From Bacteroidales bacterium (GTDB lineage: Bacteria > Bacteroidota > Bacteroidia > Bacteroidales > FEN-979), in the NCBI GenBank assembly GCA_030681475.1, contig JAUXWT010000035.1, forward strand, positions 4,428-68,427: a stretch of DNA of 64,000 nucleotides. Reading direction: 5' to 3'. The translations under genes were made by a program, and so were the position numbers. The notes under the pieces are model-generated. The model was not told the DNA's origin and ran no database searches. It saw only the letters and a program-made list of their open reading frames with translations. Positions 1-9,205 of the stretch are shown piece by piece. The number at the start of each line of letters is the position of its first letter. Position 1 is the stretch's first letter.

Positions 1-747
1 AATCCTTCATTAGCTCCGGAGTCAAGTATTTCTTATGAATTGGGTTTCAGGCAGTTATTCAAATTTGGAAAATTTGGTGGCATGTTTGATATCGCCGGAT
101 TTTATGAGAATTATGAAAACTATGTTGAGTTTAATTTTGGTTATTGGGGATTGAATCCCAATCCGAGTAAAGATGTGGGCTTTAAATTTTTCAACACCGG
201 ACCTGCGCGAATATACGGAATCGATGCATCCATAGCAGGAGAGGGAGACCTCACAAGAAACCTGAAACTATCCTTTATTTTAGGTTACACCTACGCAATT
301 CCTCAAGCGCTTGACCCAAACCATGTTTTCTATGTGAACCCTAACAATGCAAATAATTCATTGACATATCTTACCACATCATCCGACACCACCGATCATA
401 TACTCAAATACCGCGTTCAGGGTTTATTAAAAGCTGATGTTCAGGTAACATGGAAGCAATTCTCCACCGGTTTTAACGGCCGGTATTACAGTTACATGAA
501 GAACATCGACAAGTTTTTCTACGAAATTCTCGATGGACAGATGTTTGGTGTGAAAACCGGAATTAAAAAGTACCGGGAAGACCACAAGAAAGGTACTTTT
601 ATTGTCGACTACCGGATCAGCTACGCATTAAACAGCTTCAAGTTTTCTGTGATCGTTAACAACCTTTTAGATACTGAATTTTCATTGAGGCCGCTAACCA
701 TTGAACCACCAAGGATGACGCAGGTTCAGGTGATTTATAAAATTTAA
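1..747 (+). CDS. TonB-dependent outer-membrane receptor, C-terminal part (5' end lies outside the window)
   Basis: Frame 1 is open from nt 1, upstream of the listed ORF start at 40. The C-terminus (...NNLLDTEFSLRPLTIEPPRMTQVQVIYKI) resembles TBDT barrel ends. Confidence 0.55.
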   Translation, partial: NPSLAPESSISYELGFRQLFKFGKFGGMFDIAGFYENYENYVEFNFGYWGLNPNPSKDVGFKFFNTGPARIYGIDASIAGEGDLTRNLKLSFILGYTYAIPQALDPNHVFYVNPNNANNSLTYLTTSSDTTDHILKYRVQGLLKADVQVTWKQFSTGFNGRYYSYMKNIDKFFYEILDGQMFGVKTGIKKYREDHKKGTFIVDYRISYALNSFKFSVIVNNLLDTEFSLRPLTIEPPRMTQVQVIYKI

Positions 748-750
748 AAC

Positions 751-778
751 GTGACGCGTGACAGGTGACACGTGACGG
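751..778 (+). repeat. Tandem 7-mer array GTGACNN x4
   Basis: gtgacgc gtgacag gtgacac gtgacgg, starting 4 nt after the stop at 745-747. Confidence 0.85.
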
Positions 779-796
779 GCTACCGTATCAACCATT

Positions 797-845
797 ACTT
801 AATACTTAAAACTTAACACTTAACACATAAAAATTAAAACTAAAA
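797..845 (+). repeat. Tandem 7-mer array ACTTAAN-like x7
   Basis: acttaat acttaaa acttaac acttaac acataaa aattaaa actaaaa, ending 3 nt before the ATG at 849. Confidence 0.8.
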
Positions 846-848
846 ACC

Positions 849-1823
849 ATGAAACATATACTTACGATCGTAATTTTTGCATTTGTAATGAATGCTGCCT
901 TTTCACAGTCAAATATCCCCAACGGAAATTTTGAAAACTGGTATAATGTTGTGATCAGCGCCACCCTAAACTATGATGATATCGGAACAGGTCCTGCCGA
1001 TAACTGGTTATCAACATTGAATTCCCTGGCAGCCGTTCCTCAAACCGCGGGAGGCCCTGGTCCTGTTACCGTTATTAAAACGACGGATAAATATTCCGGT
1101 ACTTTTGCTGCCAAAGCCGTTTCGGCAAATTTTCCCTTGGGTCCGGTAACGATATTCATTCCCGGGATGATCGGAACAGCCCAGTTGGACTTTGCAGGTG
1201 TTCGGGCCATTCTGGGTAAACCATGTGCTGGTTGCAAACCCATGCGTTTCAAAGGATATTATAAATTTGAACCGGTAAATGGCGACTCCTGTGCTGCAAT
1301 AATATTGCTTTCGAAATGGAACTCAACGGCTAAAAAGCGTGATACCATCGGATATGGAAAAATGGTGCAGCGCAACGCGGTGAATACCTATACCCAATTC
1401 GATATCCCGGTAAATTACACGGGCAGCGGTACAATTGATACCATGACATTGCTGGTTGTATCCAGCGCTGGATTCAACCTATTCAACTTTATGGGTGGCG
1501 TTGGTCAGCCTGGAAGCACAATGTATGTTGATGAACTTACCCTCGACTATCCTGCCGGGATCCAACAGGTTCTGATGCCAGAAGTCACCGTAAGTGCATA
1601 TCCGAATCCGGCGTCAGATATTCTGCACCTCAACCTGAGCAAAGAGGTGAAGAATGGCGCACTTGAGGTTTACAATGCTGAAGGAAAACAAGTAGGCTCC
1701 TATGAGCTTTCAAAGCGGGCCAATTCGGTTCCGGTGAACACCCTTATCAATGGCGCATATTACTTCCGTTTGGTTTCCGGTAAGAAATTGTTGAATACAG
1801 GCACTTTTGTGATTAAAAAGTAA
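849..1823 (+). CDS. Secreted protein with T9SS type-A C-terminal sorting domain (possibly PCMD-like N-terminal domain)
   Basis: N-terminal signal peptide. NGNFENW motif near the N-terminus. C-terminal YPNPASDILHLNL...GAYYFRLVSG...FVIKK matches the Por_Secre_tail pattern. Confidence 0.6.
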   Translation: MKHILTIVIFAFVMNAAFSQSNIPNGNFENWYNVVISATLNYDDIGTGPADNWLSTLNSLAAVPQTAGGPGPVTVIKTTDKYSGTFAAKAVSANFPLGPVTIFIPGMIGTAQLDFAGVRAILGKPCAGCKPMRFKGYYKFEPVNGDSCAAIILLSKWNSTAKKRDTIGYGKMVQRNAVNTYTQFDIPVNYTGSGTIDTMTLLVVSSAGFNLFNFMGGVGQPGSTMYVDELTLDYPAGIQQVLMPEVTVSAYPNPASDILHLNLSKEVKNGALEVYNAEGKQVGSYELSKRANSVPVNTLINGAYYFRLVSGKKLLNTGTFVIKK

Positions 1824-1847
1824 CCTAACGCCTAATATTATACCCTT

Positions 1848-3071
1848 ATGACAGAAGTAAAAACCTCCCAGATGGCGATTGACCTCGAAGACAAGTACGG
1901 GGCGCATAATTACCATCCATTACCAGTAGTACTTGCCAAAGGAAAAGGCGTCTTTATGTGGGACGTTGAAGGCAAGCGTTATTATGACTTTTTATCAGCC
2001 TATTCAGCAGTCAACCAGGGCCATTGCCATCCGAAAATTATCGGAGCGATGATCGAGCAGGCACAGACGCTTGAACTTACTTCGCGCGCCTTTTACAACA
2101 ATGTTTTGGGTGTTTACGAAAAGTTTATCACTGAATATTTTGGATATCAGCGTGTACTCCCGATGAATTCAGGCGCCGAAGGAGATGAAACCGCCATTAA
2201 ACTTACACGTAAGTGGGGTTATACCGTGAAGGGCATTCCTGAAGACAAGGCAAAGATCATCTGTTGCCGGGATAACTTCCATGGCCGGACAATCACGGTC
2301 ATCTCCATGTCCAATGATCCCGATGCCCGCAAAGACTTCGGGCCGTTTACCCCTGGTTTTGAATCTATTCCTTACAACGATCTTAACGCCCTGGCTAAAT
2401 CGCTGGAGGACCCGAATGTAGCAGGTTTTCTTGTTGAACCGATCCAGGGTGAAGCCGGCGTTTTTGTGCCTGATGAAGGATACCTGAAGAAGGCCTACGA
2501 CCTTTGTAAAGCAAAAAATGTACTGTTCATCGCCGATGAGGTTCAAACCGGTATCGCGCGCACGGGACGTTTGCTGGCCTGCGACTGGGAAGGCGTTAAA
2601 CCGGATGTGCTTATTCTTGGAAAGGCGCTTTCTGGTGGAGTTTACCCTATTTCAGCCGTACTTGCCGATGATCACATCATGCTTTGCATCCATCCGGGAG
2701 AACATGGATCAACATTTGGCGGTAACCCTGTTGCCGCAAAAGTTGCCATGGCAGCCCTGGAGGTTGTACGCGATGAAAAACTTGCCGAAAATGCAGAAAA
2801 ACTTGGCGCCATCTTTCGTGAGGAACTCCGAAAGATCAATTCTCCGTACATCGAACTAGTGCGTGGCAAAGGATTGCTCAACGCCATCATTATCAAACCT
2901 GTGAATGGTAAAACCGCATGGGATGTTTGCATGAAGATGCGTGACAACGGATTGCTGGCCAAACCGACCCACGGACATATCATCCGCTTTGCCCCGCCTT
3001 TGGTGATCACCGAAGAGCAGATCCATGAAGCGGTAGAGATCATCCGCAAATCCATCAAGGAACTGGAATAA
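1848..3071 (+). CDS. rocD: Ornithine--oxo-acid aminotransferase
   Basis: 407 aa class-III aminotransferase. [35 protein letters not shown] and [11 protein letters not shown] are typical of OAT. Confidence 0.85.
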   Translation: MTEVKTSQMAIDLEDKYGAHNYHPLPVVLAKGKGVFMWDVEGKRYYDFLSAYSAVNQGHCHPKIIGAMIEQAQTLELTSRAFYNNVLGVYEKFITEYFGYQRVLPMNSGAEGDETAIKLTRKWGYTVKGIPEDKAKIICCRDNFHGRTITVISMSNDPDARKDFGPFTPGFESIPYNDLNALAKSLEDPNVAGFLVEPIQGEAGVFVPDEGYLKKAYDLCKAKNVLFIADEVQTGIARTGRLLACDWEGVKPDVLILGKALSGGVYPISAVLADDHIMLCIHPGEHGSTFGGNPVAAKVAMAALEVVRDEKLAENAEKLGAIFREELRKINSPYIELVRGKGLLNAIIIKPVNGKTAWDVCMKMRDNGLLAKPTHGHIIRFAPPLVITEEQIHEAVEIIRKSIKELE

Positions 3072-3182
3072 ACCATAGGTCCACGCCGGAAAATATTGGA
3101 TCAAGCGGAAAAGTGCAGGGGAAGGTGTGTTGGTTTCTATAAATAAAAAAAGTCATCGGTTTGTAAAGTATGCAATGAATTG

Positions 3183-3324
3183 CCCCGGCCTGAAGGCCGG
3201 GGGTCAAAGGCACGCAAAATCAGGGCTTTAGCCCAAAACATTTACGTAAGTAATGATTCTTATACGGATTTTTGGGCTAAAGCCCAGTTGTAGATCGCAA
3301 TCCTAACCCTCTGGCTAAAGCCAG
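3183..3324. repeat. Cluster of four REP-like GC-stem tetraloop hairpins in a convergent intergenic region
   Basis: CCCCGGCC-TGAA-GGCCGGGG (3183-3202); GGGC-TTTA-GCCC (3223-3234); GGGC-TAAA-GCCC (3274-3285); CTGGC-TAAA-GCCAG (3311-3324). In addition, 3223-3238 is the reverse complement of 3270-3285. Confidence 0.7.
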
Positions 3325-3386
3325 GGGCAATTCAAACTAAAAAAAGAGCAAAAAAATGTCACTCTTTTTTCAGGAACCTATTCATT

Positions 3387-5708
3387 CTACCTGACCAGAA
3401 TGATCTTCCGGACTGCTGTTGCACCCCCTTGCTGCAGTAAAACCCCGTATAAACCTGGAGTCAATGAGGCAGTGCCAAACCTGAACCAATGAGTGCCACG
3501 CTCAAGTCTTCTGTCAACCCAGGTCACGACAGGTTGTCCACGGGGAGATAAAAGGGTCAGCTTTACCGGTCCGGGCTGCGCAAGTGTAAAGGTGATATTG
3601 AAGCTTTCTTTCACGGGATTGGGAAATACCTGCAAGGCAAATGGGTCAGATAGAGGCGTTTGTAATATGCCAACAGGATTTCCGAATTTCTTTGTGACAA
3701 CATAGTGCAAGAATTCACGGGCATCGGTGGTGTCGAGGTAATATAAAGGAAAACTGAGCAGGATGCTCTTATGGTCAGCGCCCATGTATTCAATTCCGAC
3801 CGGTTTGTGCTTCATTTTTCCCATGGAAGTGGTTGAATCAAAATGGGAATCAAATCGGTAGATCACAATGGCTTCGTCTGACGGAGCAAAGACATCCACA
3901 TTGTAGATCTGTCCCGGAAAACTTTTATCCATGTACTTCAGCGGGTCGATATTAAGTGTATCGTAACCCGGGGCGACGGAATTGGCCCTGAATAGCATGC
4001 TTTGTAACTTTCTATCGACACTATCAACTTTGAATAACCGGTGGAAAAGTGTTGTTTCAGGGATAAATAACGGGTAAGTGAAGCTGTCGTTAATCCAGAA
4101 ACGGCTCGGACTGAAACCCGAAAACAGCAGGTTGCCACCATTTTCCATGAATGAAAAAATTCCCAGTGCCATTTCATACGTCAACGATTCGAATTCGAGG
4201 GTATTTGACAACCAAAGGATAGAGCGATAACGGGAAAATTCATCAAGGCTAACCTTTTGTTCCGCATTGATATCGATCCATTTATATGGAATTGTATCCA
4301 GCACTGACTGGTAAAACGCAAGAACACTGTCAGGTGTGGTTTTATTACCCTTTACATTTGCAATGACCAGTAAACTGTCGCAGAAATTGAAACGCGCCCC
4401 GATTACTTCGTTTGACCAGGCGCTTTCATGGAGAGAGTCATTCACAGTCGTGATGACATAATAGTACTGTTTATTAAGCAAGGCAGGTATATCGTAATAA
4501 ACGGAATCAGCAACCGGGGTTGAATTGACCTTTTGAAAACCTGTCCCGGAATTCTCTGAGCGATAAACGTTAAAGCCCTTCACAAAAGCATTCCTGGTTG
4601 GCCCCCATGTCAGTGTGATCTCATCAGTGCCGGATTGAGCCCACAGATTTTGTGGATAGGGCAGCAATTGCTGTTCGGCAAGCGTGGCGAGAGCGCCCCC
4701 GGTCACCTTTTTCAGGTAAGGAACATTGCAGTTTCCAAGTGTGTCGGAAGGTTTGTGCCAGTTCGGGCTGAACACGATCTCTTCAAAATAGGTGGAAGGA
4801 AAACCTTCAAGCCAGTACGGAAATGAGTCGGAGCCGCTATTGACGAGATTCTGAGGGATAACTGCCGCGAGGTCTGTATAGCTTTCAGTTGCTTCCGCAG
4901 CAACAAACCCGGCCCATTCGAAGCCGTAATATTGGTATATCTTCACTTCCGCGATGTTCGCAGGATTATTGGAGATCATATCCATGTTGAGCATGTAGCG
5001 GATGTCAGTACCTGCCATGCGTGCCTTTGATGCGGCATCTCTTGATCCGAAAAGCCCCAGTTCTTCCGCCGCAAATAGCGTAAATTGAATTGTTGCCTCG
5101 GGCTGGTAATTGAACAGTTTCATCACCCGTGCTATTTCCAACGTTGCGGCTACGGCTGTACCGTTGTCATCCACACCGGGAGCATCATTAACCGGGTCGG
5201 GCAAACAGATGGAATCCCAATGTCCTCCCACTACATAGATCTCCTCCGGGGCTGAAGAACCCGGGAGGGTACAAACCACATTGTATTGCCAGGAACTGTC
5301 GGACAAACCATTCCAATTCAGGATAACGAGGTAAAACGAATCGAGTTTTACATTGGTATACCCGTATGACTGGAACTTGCTCAGGAGAGAAATGGCAATC
5401 TCCTTCTTATTATCGTTCATTAAAAACCGAGATCCCCAGGCCTGCATCTCCTGCAAGGTTGCCCTGAGTGTATCCGCATTTATTGCGTTGACCATGGCTG
5501 CAATGCCAGGGTCGGCTGCACGAACATACCGCTGGCTGGCATACGGGGTTTCAGGAAATCTGGTCATGGTTTCCTGAGGATCAGGACGCTTGTCGACCAA
5601 CTGTGCCTCCCCGGTCTGTGCCAATAACAGGATTGGAATTATTGCGAGGAGAAGGATAATAATGATTCGAATGAAGATTTTCATCAGGTCGGTTCTTTTT
5701 GTTTTCAT
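3387..5708 (-). CDS. M28-family metallopeptidase with FN3-like module and T9SS type-A C-terminal sorting domain
   Basis: Signal peptide. M28 motifs GGHWDS, DDNGTAVAATLE, AAEELGLFGS, NMDMISN. C-terminal VFPNPVKESFNITF...GLYGVLL...RKIILVR. Confidence 0.8.
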   Translation of the reverse strand: MKTKRTDLMKIFIRIIIILLLAIIPILLLAQTGEAQLVDKRPDPQETMTRFPETPYASQRYVRAADPGIAAMVNAINADTLRATLQEMQAWGSRFLMNDNKKEIAISLLSKFQSYGYTNVKLDSFYLVILNWNGLSDSSWQYNVVCTLPGSSAPEEIYVVGGHWDSICLPDPVNDAPGVDDNGTAVAATLEIARVMKLFNYQPEATIQFTLFAAEELGLFGSRDAASKARMAGTDIRYMLNMDMISNNPANIAEVKIYQYYGFEWAGFVAAEATESYTDLAAVIPQNLVNSGSDSFPYWLEGFPSTYFEEIVFSPNWHKPSDTLGNCNVPYLKKVTGGALATLAEQQLLPYPQNLWAQSGTDEITLTWGPTRNAFVKGFNVYRSENSGTGFQKVNSTPVADSVYYDIPALLNKQYYYVITTVNDSLHESAWSNEVIGARFNFCDSLLVIANVKGNKTTPDSVLAFYQSVLDTIPYKWIDINAEQKVSLDEFSRYRSILWLSNTLEFESLTYEMALGIFSFMENGGNLLFSGFSPSRFWINDSFTYPLFIPETTLFHRLFKVDSVDRKLQSMLFRANSVAPGYDTLNIDPLKYMDKSFPGQIYNVDVFAPSDEAIVIYRFDSHFDSTTSMGKMKHKPVGIEYMGADHKSILLSFPLYYLDTTDAREFLHYVVTKKFGNPVGILQTPLSDPFALQVFPNPVKESFNITFTLAQPGPVKLTLLSPRGQPVVTWVDRRLERGTHWFRFGTASLTPGLYGVLLQQGGATAVRKIILVR

Positions 5709-5887
5709 GGCTGGGTGGTATTTACTTTAACTGTTATAAATATAACGCAAATTCAGGTTTATGACCACAACAAATCGGTCAACCGGAAAAATAGTCGTTG
5801 AAACAGGTGATTGGCGGGATAAATTTTAAATTAGCTGTGTTTATCATCAGGAGCAATCCTATGATGAGGGCGGTGCCAGACAATTGA

Positions 5888-7657
5888 TTATCCGGCAAAC
5901 TGCAACCCACTCAGATTTCGGTATAAACCATCCTCAACCTGAAGCAGTTGTTCATGCGTGCCCTGTTCAACAATTTTACCATTGTCCAGCACCAGGATAT
6001 GGTCAGCCTGTCGTATGGTTGAGAGGCGATGGGCAATGACAATGGAAGTCCGGCCCTTCATCAGCTTTTCAAGAGCATCCTGTACCAGCCGTTCAGATTC
6101 AGAGTCAAGTGATGAGGTGGCTTCATCCAGGATCAGTATCTTAGGGTTTTTGAGAACGGCACGGGCAATGGCCACCCGCTGGCGTTGCCCACCCGACAGT
6201 TGTGTGCCACGTTCACCAACAAGCGTATCCAATCCTTCCGGAAACTGGCTTATAAATTCCCATGCATTTGCTTTTCGTGAGGCTTCCATGACCATTTCAT
6301 CGGTGGAGCCGGGTTTTCCATAAACAATATTCTCCCGTATCGTACCGCCAAAGAGGAATATATCCTGTGGAACGATCGCCATCTGGCTTCGCAAGGCAGA
6401 AATCGGAATATCCCGGCTGTTAGTCCCGTCAAAGAGAATCTGTCCAGATACGGGATCGTAAAGCCTGAGCAGCAACGAAACAAAAGTTGATTTACCTGCG
6501 CCGCTTGGGCCCACCAACGCAACCATCGTGTCGGATTTGATGAATATGTTGACATCAGAAAGAACCTGGCTTTCCGGGCGCGAAGGATAGTAAAAACCAA
6601 CCTGATCGAAATGGATGCTGCCATGCAAAACCTGATCAGCGGTCAGTGTCGAAATTTCCTGTACCTCCTCCACGGGTTCATTAAATACCTCAAGCAGATC
6701 CTCGGTGGCCCCTATGAATTTTTGTACACGGGCGAACACATCAGCCATACCTCCAATGGTACCGCCAATGAACATGGAATAAAGTACAAAAGAGAAGAGT
6801 TCGCCTGTGGCGAGTTCACCGGATGCCAGCAGGGCAGACCCCTTCCATATCACCGCGGTCATGGCGCCGAAAAGGCCAAGGATGGTAAAGGATGAAAAGG
6901 CCCCGCGCAGTTTGCCGTTTTTGATGCCGGTATTGGCTATATCAATGGTTTTGTCACGATATCGGGCCATTTCAAAAAATTCGTTCGTAAAGGCTTTCAC
7001 GCTTTGAATCCCTTGCAAGGTCTCCTCTACGATCGTGTTGGAATCGGCCACCTGGCTTTGCGCCTGTTTGCTTAACTTCCGGATATACCGTCCGAAAAAG
7101 ACCACCAGGATCATGATCACCGGGACGATCGCAAGCATAAAAAGTGTCAGTTTGAAAGAGGTTAACAACAACAGGGTTACTCCGCCGATGATGATGATCA
7201 ACTGGCGCATGAACTCAGCAAGCGTGCTTGTCAGGGCATCCTGTAGCAAAGTTATGTCTGAAGATATCCGGCTGTTGAGTTCTCCTACCCTGCGATGCTG
7301 AAAGAATTTCATCGGCAACCGGATCAGATGGTTGAAGGTACTTTGGCGCAGATCGGCCAGGGTCTTTTCAGCAACATGCACGAACAAGTAAATCCTGAAA
7401 TAGGAAAAGACCGACTGGGCCACGAGGACACCTGCCAGTATCAGCGCGATCCGGTCAATTTCCTGGGCAAGTTTTCCCTGATTTCCCAGGTCAACCAATG
7501 TTCCCAGTAATTTCGGAAAAACCAGGGTTGCTCCTGACGATCCCAACAGGAATAACATTCCCAGGGCGTATTCGTATTTATAAGGTTTGATGTAGCTGTA
7601 AAGCTTGAAAAGCTTTTGCAACCCCGACAAGGTGATTTTCTGTTTCTGCTCCTCCAT
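5888..7657 (-). CDS. ABC exporter, fused permease/ATPase (MsbA/multidrug type)
   Basis: N-terminal 6-TM domain. Walker A GPSGAGKST, signature LSGGQRQRVAIARA, Walker B ILILDEATS. Confidence 0.85.
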   Translation of the reverse strand: MEEQKQKITLSGLQKLFKLYSYIKPYKYEYALGMLFLLGSSGATLVFPKLLGTLVDLGNQGKLAQEIDRIALILAGVLVAQSVFSYFRIYLFVHVAEKTLADLRQSTFNHLIRLPMKFFQHRRVGELNSRISSDITLLQDALTSTLAEFMRQLIIIIGGVTLLLLTSFKLTLFMLAIVPVIMILVVFFGRYIRKLSKQAQSQVADSNTIVEETLQGIQSVKAFTNEFFEMARYRDKTIDIANTGIKNGKLRGAFSSFTILGLFGAMTAVIWKGSALLASGELATGELFSFVLYSMFIGGTIGGMADVFARVQKFIGATEDLLEVFNEPVEEVQEISTLTADQVLHGSIHFDQVGFYYPSRPESQVLSDVNIFIKSDTMVALVGPSGAGKSTFVSLLLRLYDPVSGQILFDGTNSRDIPISALRSQMAIVPQDIFLFGGTIRENIVYGKPGSTDEMVMEASRKANAWEFISQFPEGLDTLVGERGTQLSGGQRQRVAIARAVLKNPKILILDEATSSLDSESERLVQDALEKLMKGRTSIVIAHRLSTIRQADHILVLDNGKIVEQGTHEQLLQVEDGLYRNLSGLQFAG

Positions 7658-7792
7658 TTATATATTCTGCTGTTTCCTTAGGAACTGCGAAATTACTACT
7701 TTTCTACTGTTCCTCCCTATTGTGACCTATTGCGTCTATTGTGGTGAAAAAACTAATACTAAAAAAAACCGGCAGCCCACCAAGGTAAATGC

Positions 7793-7800
7793 TAATTTTG
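7793..7800 (+). promoter_or_regulatory. Candidate Bacteroidota sigma-A -7 box (TAATTTTG)
   Basis: Matches TAnnTTTG, 17 nt upstream of the ATG at 7817. Confidence 0.4.
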
Positions 7801-7816
7801 CAGAAAAGCGTCAGCT

Positions 7817-9070
7817 ATGCCACAAAAGTTATCTGTTGATATCCGTTCAGAAATCGGGGAACTGGAATCCGTGATCATCCACACACCCGGCGCCGAAGTG
7901 GAAAACATGACCCCTGAGAATGCGGAAAGGGCGCTGTACAGTGATATCCTCAACCTGAACATTGGCTTGTTTGAATATAAACAGTTGCAGGAGGTTCTTT
8001 CTAAAGTTTCACAAACATGCGAGGTCAGGGATTTGCTGCAGGAGGTCATTGAACAACCAGCCGCAAGGGAGGAGTTGATCAGCAATATTTGTCGTAACGA
8101 AAACACCGGAGATATCCGTGATTATTTATTGGAACTGCCGTCTGAAATGCTGTCAAGCGCCCTGATCGAAGGGGTGCTGATGGAGAAGGACAATCTTACC
8201 AAATTCCTGAGTAAAGGACGTTATGAACTGATGCCCCTTCATAATTTCTTTTTTATGCGCGACGCAGCCGTATGCCTGTCAAACAACGTTATTATTTCAA
8301 AGATGGCCAGTGTGGTTCGTGAACGTGAGTCGATCATCATGGAGAGTATATTCAGTCACCATCCCAATTTCGGCATCGAAACCATCAATCCGGTACACTG
8401 GCCCCATGGACCGAACATCACCATTGAGGGCGGAGACGTGATCGTTGCACGGGAAGATGTTTTGCTTGTAGGTACTGGTGCACGTACCACATCCCAGGGA
8501 ATTGATTTTCTGCTGGCATGGTATAAAAAAGAAAGAATATCGAAGCATATCTTTGTTCAGGAGCTCCCATTTAAACCGGAGTCATTCATTCACCTCGACA
8601 TGGTCTTTACCATGCTCGACCGCGATAAATGCATGGTTTATGAGCCTGTGATCCTCAGACCCAATAAATTGCAAACCGTTCATATCATTATGGAAAACGG
8701 CAAAGTGGTCAATATCTTCAATGAAGAGAACCTCCTGACGGGTTTGAATAACCTGGGCTTTGACCTTGAACCGGTTATCTGCGGCGGAACTGCGGATCCC
8801 TGGACACAACAACGCGAACAGTGGCATTCCGGCGCCAATTTTTTTGCCATAGCGCCCGGGAAAGTGATAGGTTACGCTAGAAACTCCTACACACTGGAAG
8901 AATTGTCAAATCATGGTTTTGAGATCATCACGGCAAAGTCAGTCATCAAAGGCAAGGCAGATATCAGTACACATAAAAAGTGTGTGATCACGATCGAGGG
9001 CAGCGAATTGTCTCGCGGTGGCGGAGGCGCCCGTTGCATGACGATGCCGGTGAAAAGGAAACCGGTATAA
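7817..9070 (+). CDS. arcA: Arginine deiminase
   Basis: 417 aa. N-terminal SEIGELESVIIHTPG and C-terminal GGGGARCMTMP (catalytic Cys) are typical of the ADI/amidinotransferase fold. Confidence 0.75.
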   Translation: MPQKLSVDIRSEIGELESVIIHTPGAEVENMTPENAERALYSDILNLNIGLFEYKQLQEVLSKVSQTCEVRDLLQEVIEQPAAREELISNICRNENTGDIRDYLLELPSEMLSSALIEGVLMEKDNLTKFLSKGRYELMPLHNFFFMRDAAVCLSNNVIISKMASVVRERESIIMESIFSHHPNFGIETINPVHWPHGPNITIEGGDVIVAREDVLLVGTGARTTSQGIDFLLAWYKKERISKHIFVQELPFKPESFIHLDMVFTMLDRDKCMVYEPVILRPNKLQTVHIIMENGKVVNIFNEENLLTGLNNLGFDLEPVICGGTADPWTQQREQWHSGANFFAIAPGKVIGYARNSYTLEELSNHGFEIITAKSVIKGKADISTHKKCVITIEGSELSRGGGGARCMTMPVKRKPV

Positions 9071-9205
9071 CCCATGGCCTATTCACCCTGTTGTTCCGGG
9101 GAATGATGTCTTTGCAAAATACTTTACAACAAGTTTACAACCGTTCTACAAAAGAAAATGCCGGCCTGAAATTAATTTTACATCTTAGTTTTAAATCAGC
9201 GCCGT

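Noticed and set aside
3072-3386. Possible tRNA or small structured RNA in the hairpin-rich spacer (also checked 5709-5887, 32226-32635 and 56178-56667)
   Set aside because: There is no cloverleaf-compatible arrangement, no GTTCRANYC T-loop with matching acceptor stem, and no motifs of tmRNA, RNase P, SRP or 6S that I can recognise by eye. A proper tRNAscan/Infernal run is still advisable.
5844-5867. Imperfect hairpin TCATCAGG-AGCAAT-CCTATGATGA downstream of the ABC exporter
   Set aside because: The stem is short and bulged, AT/GC mixed, and has no clear U-tract on the minus strand. This is too weak to call a terminator.
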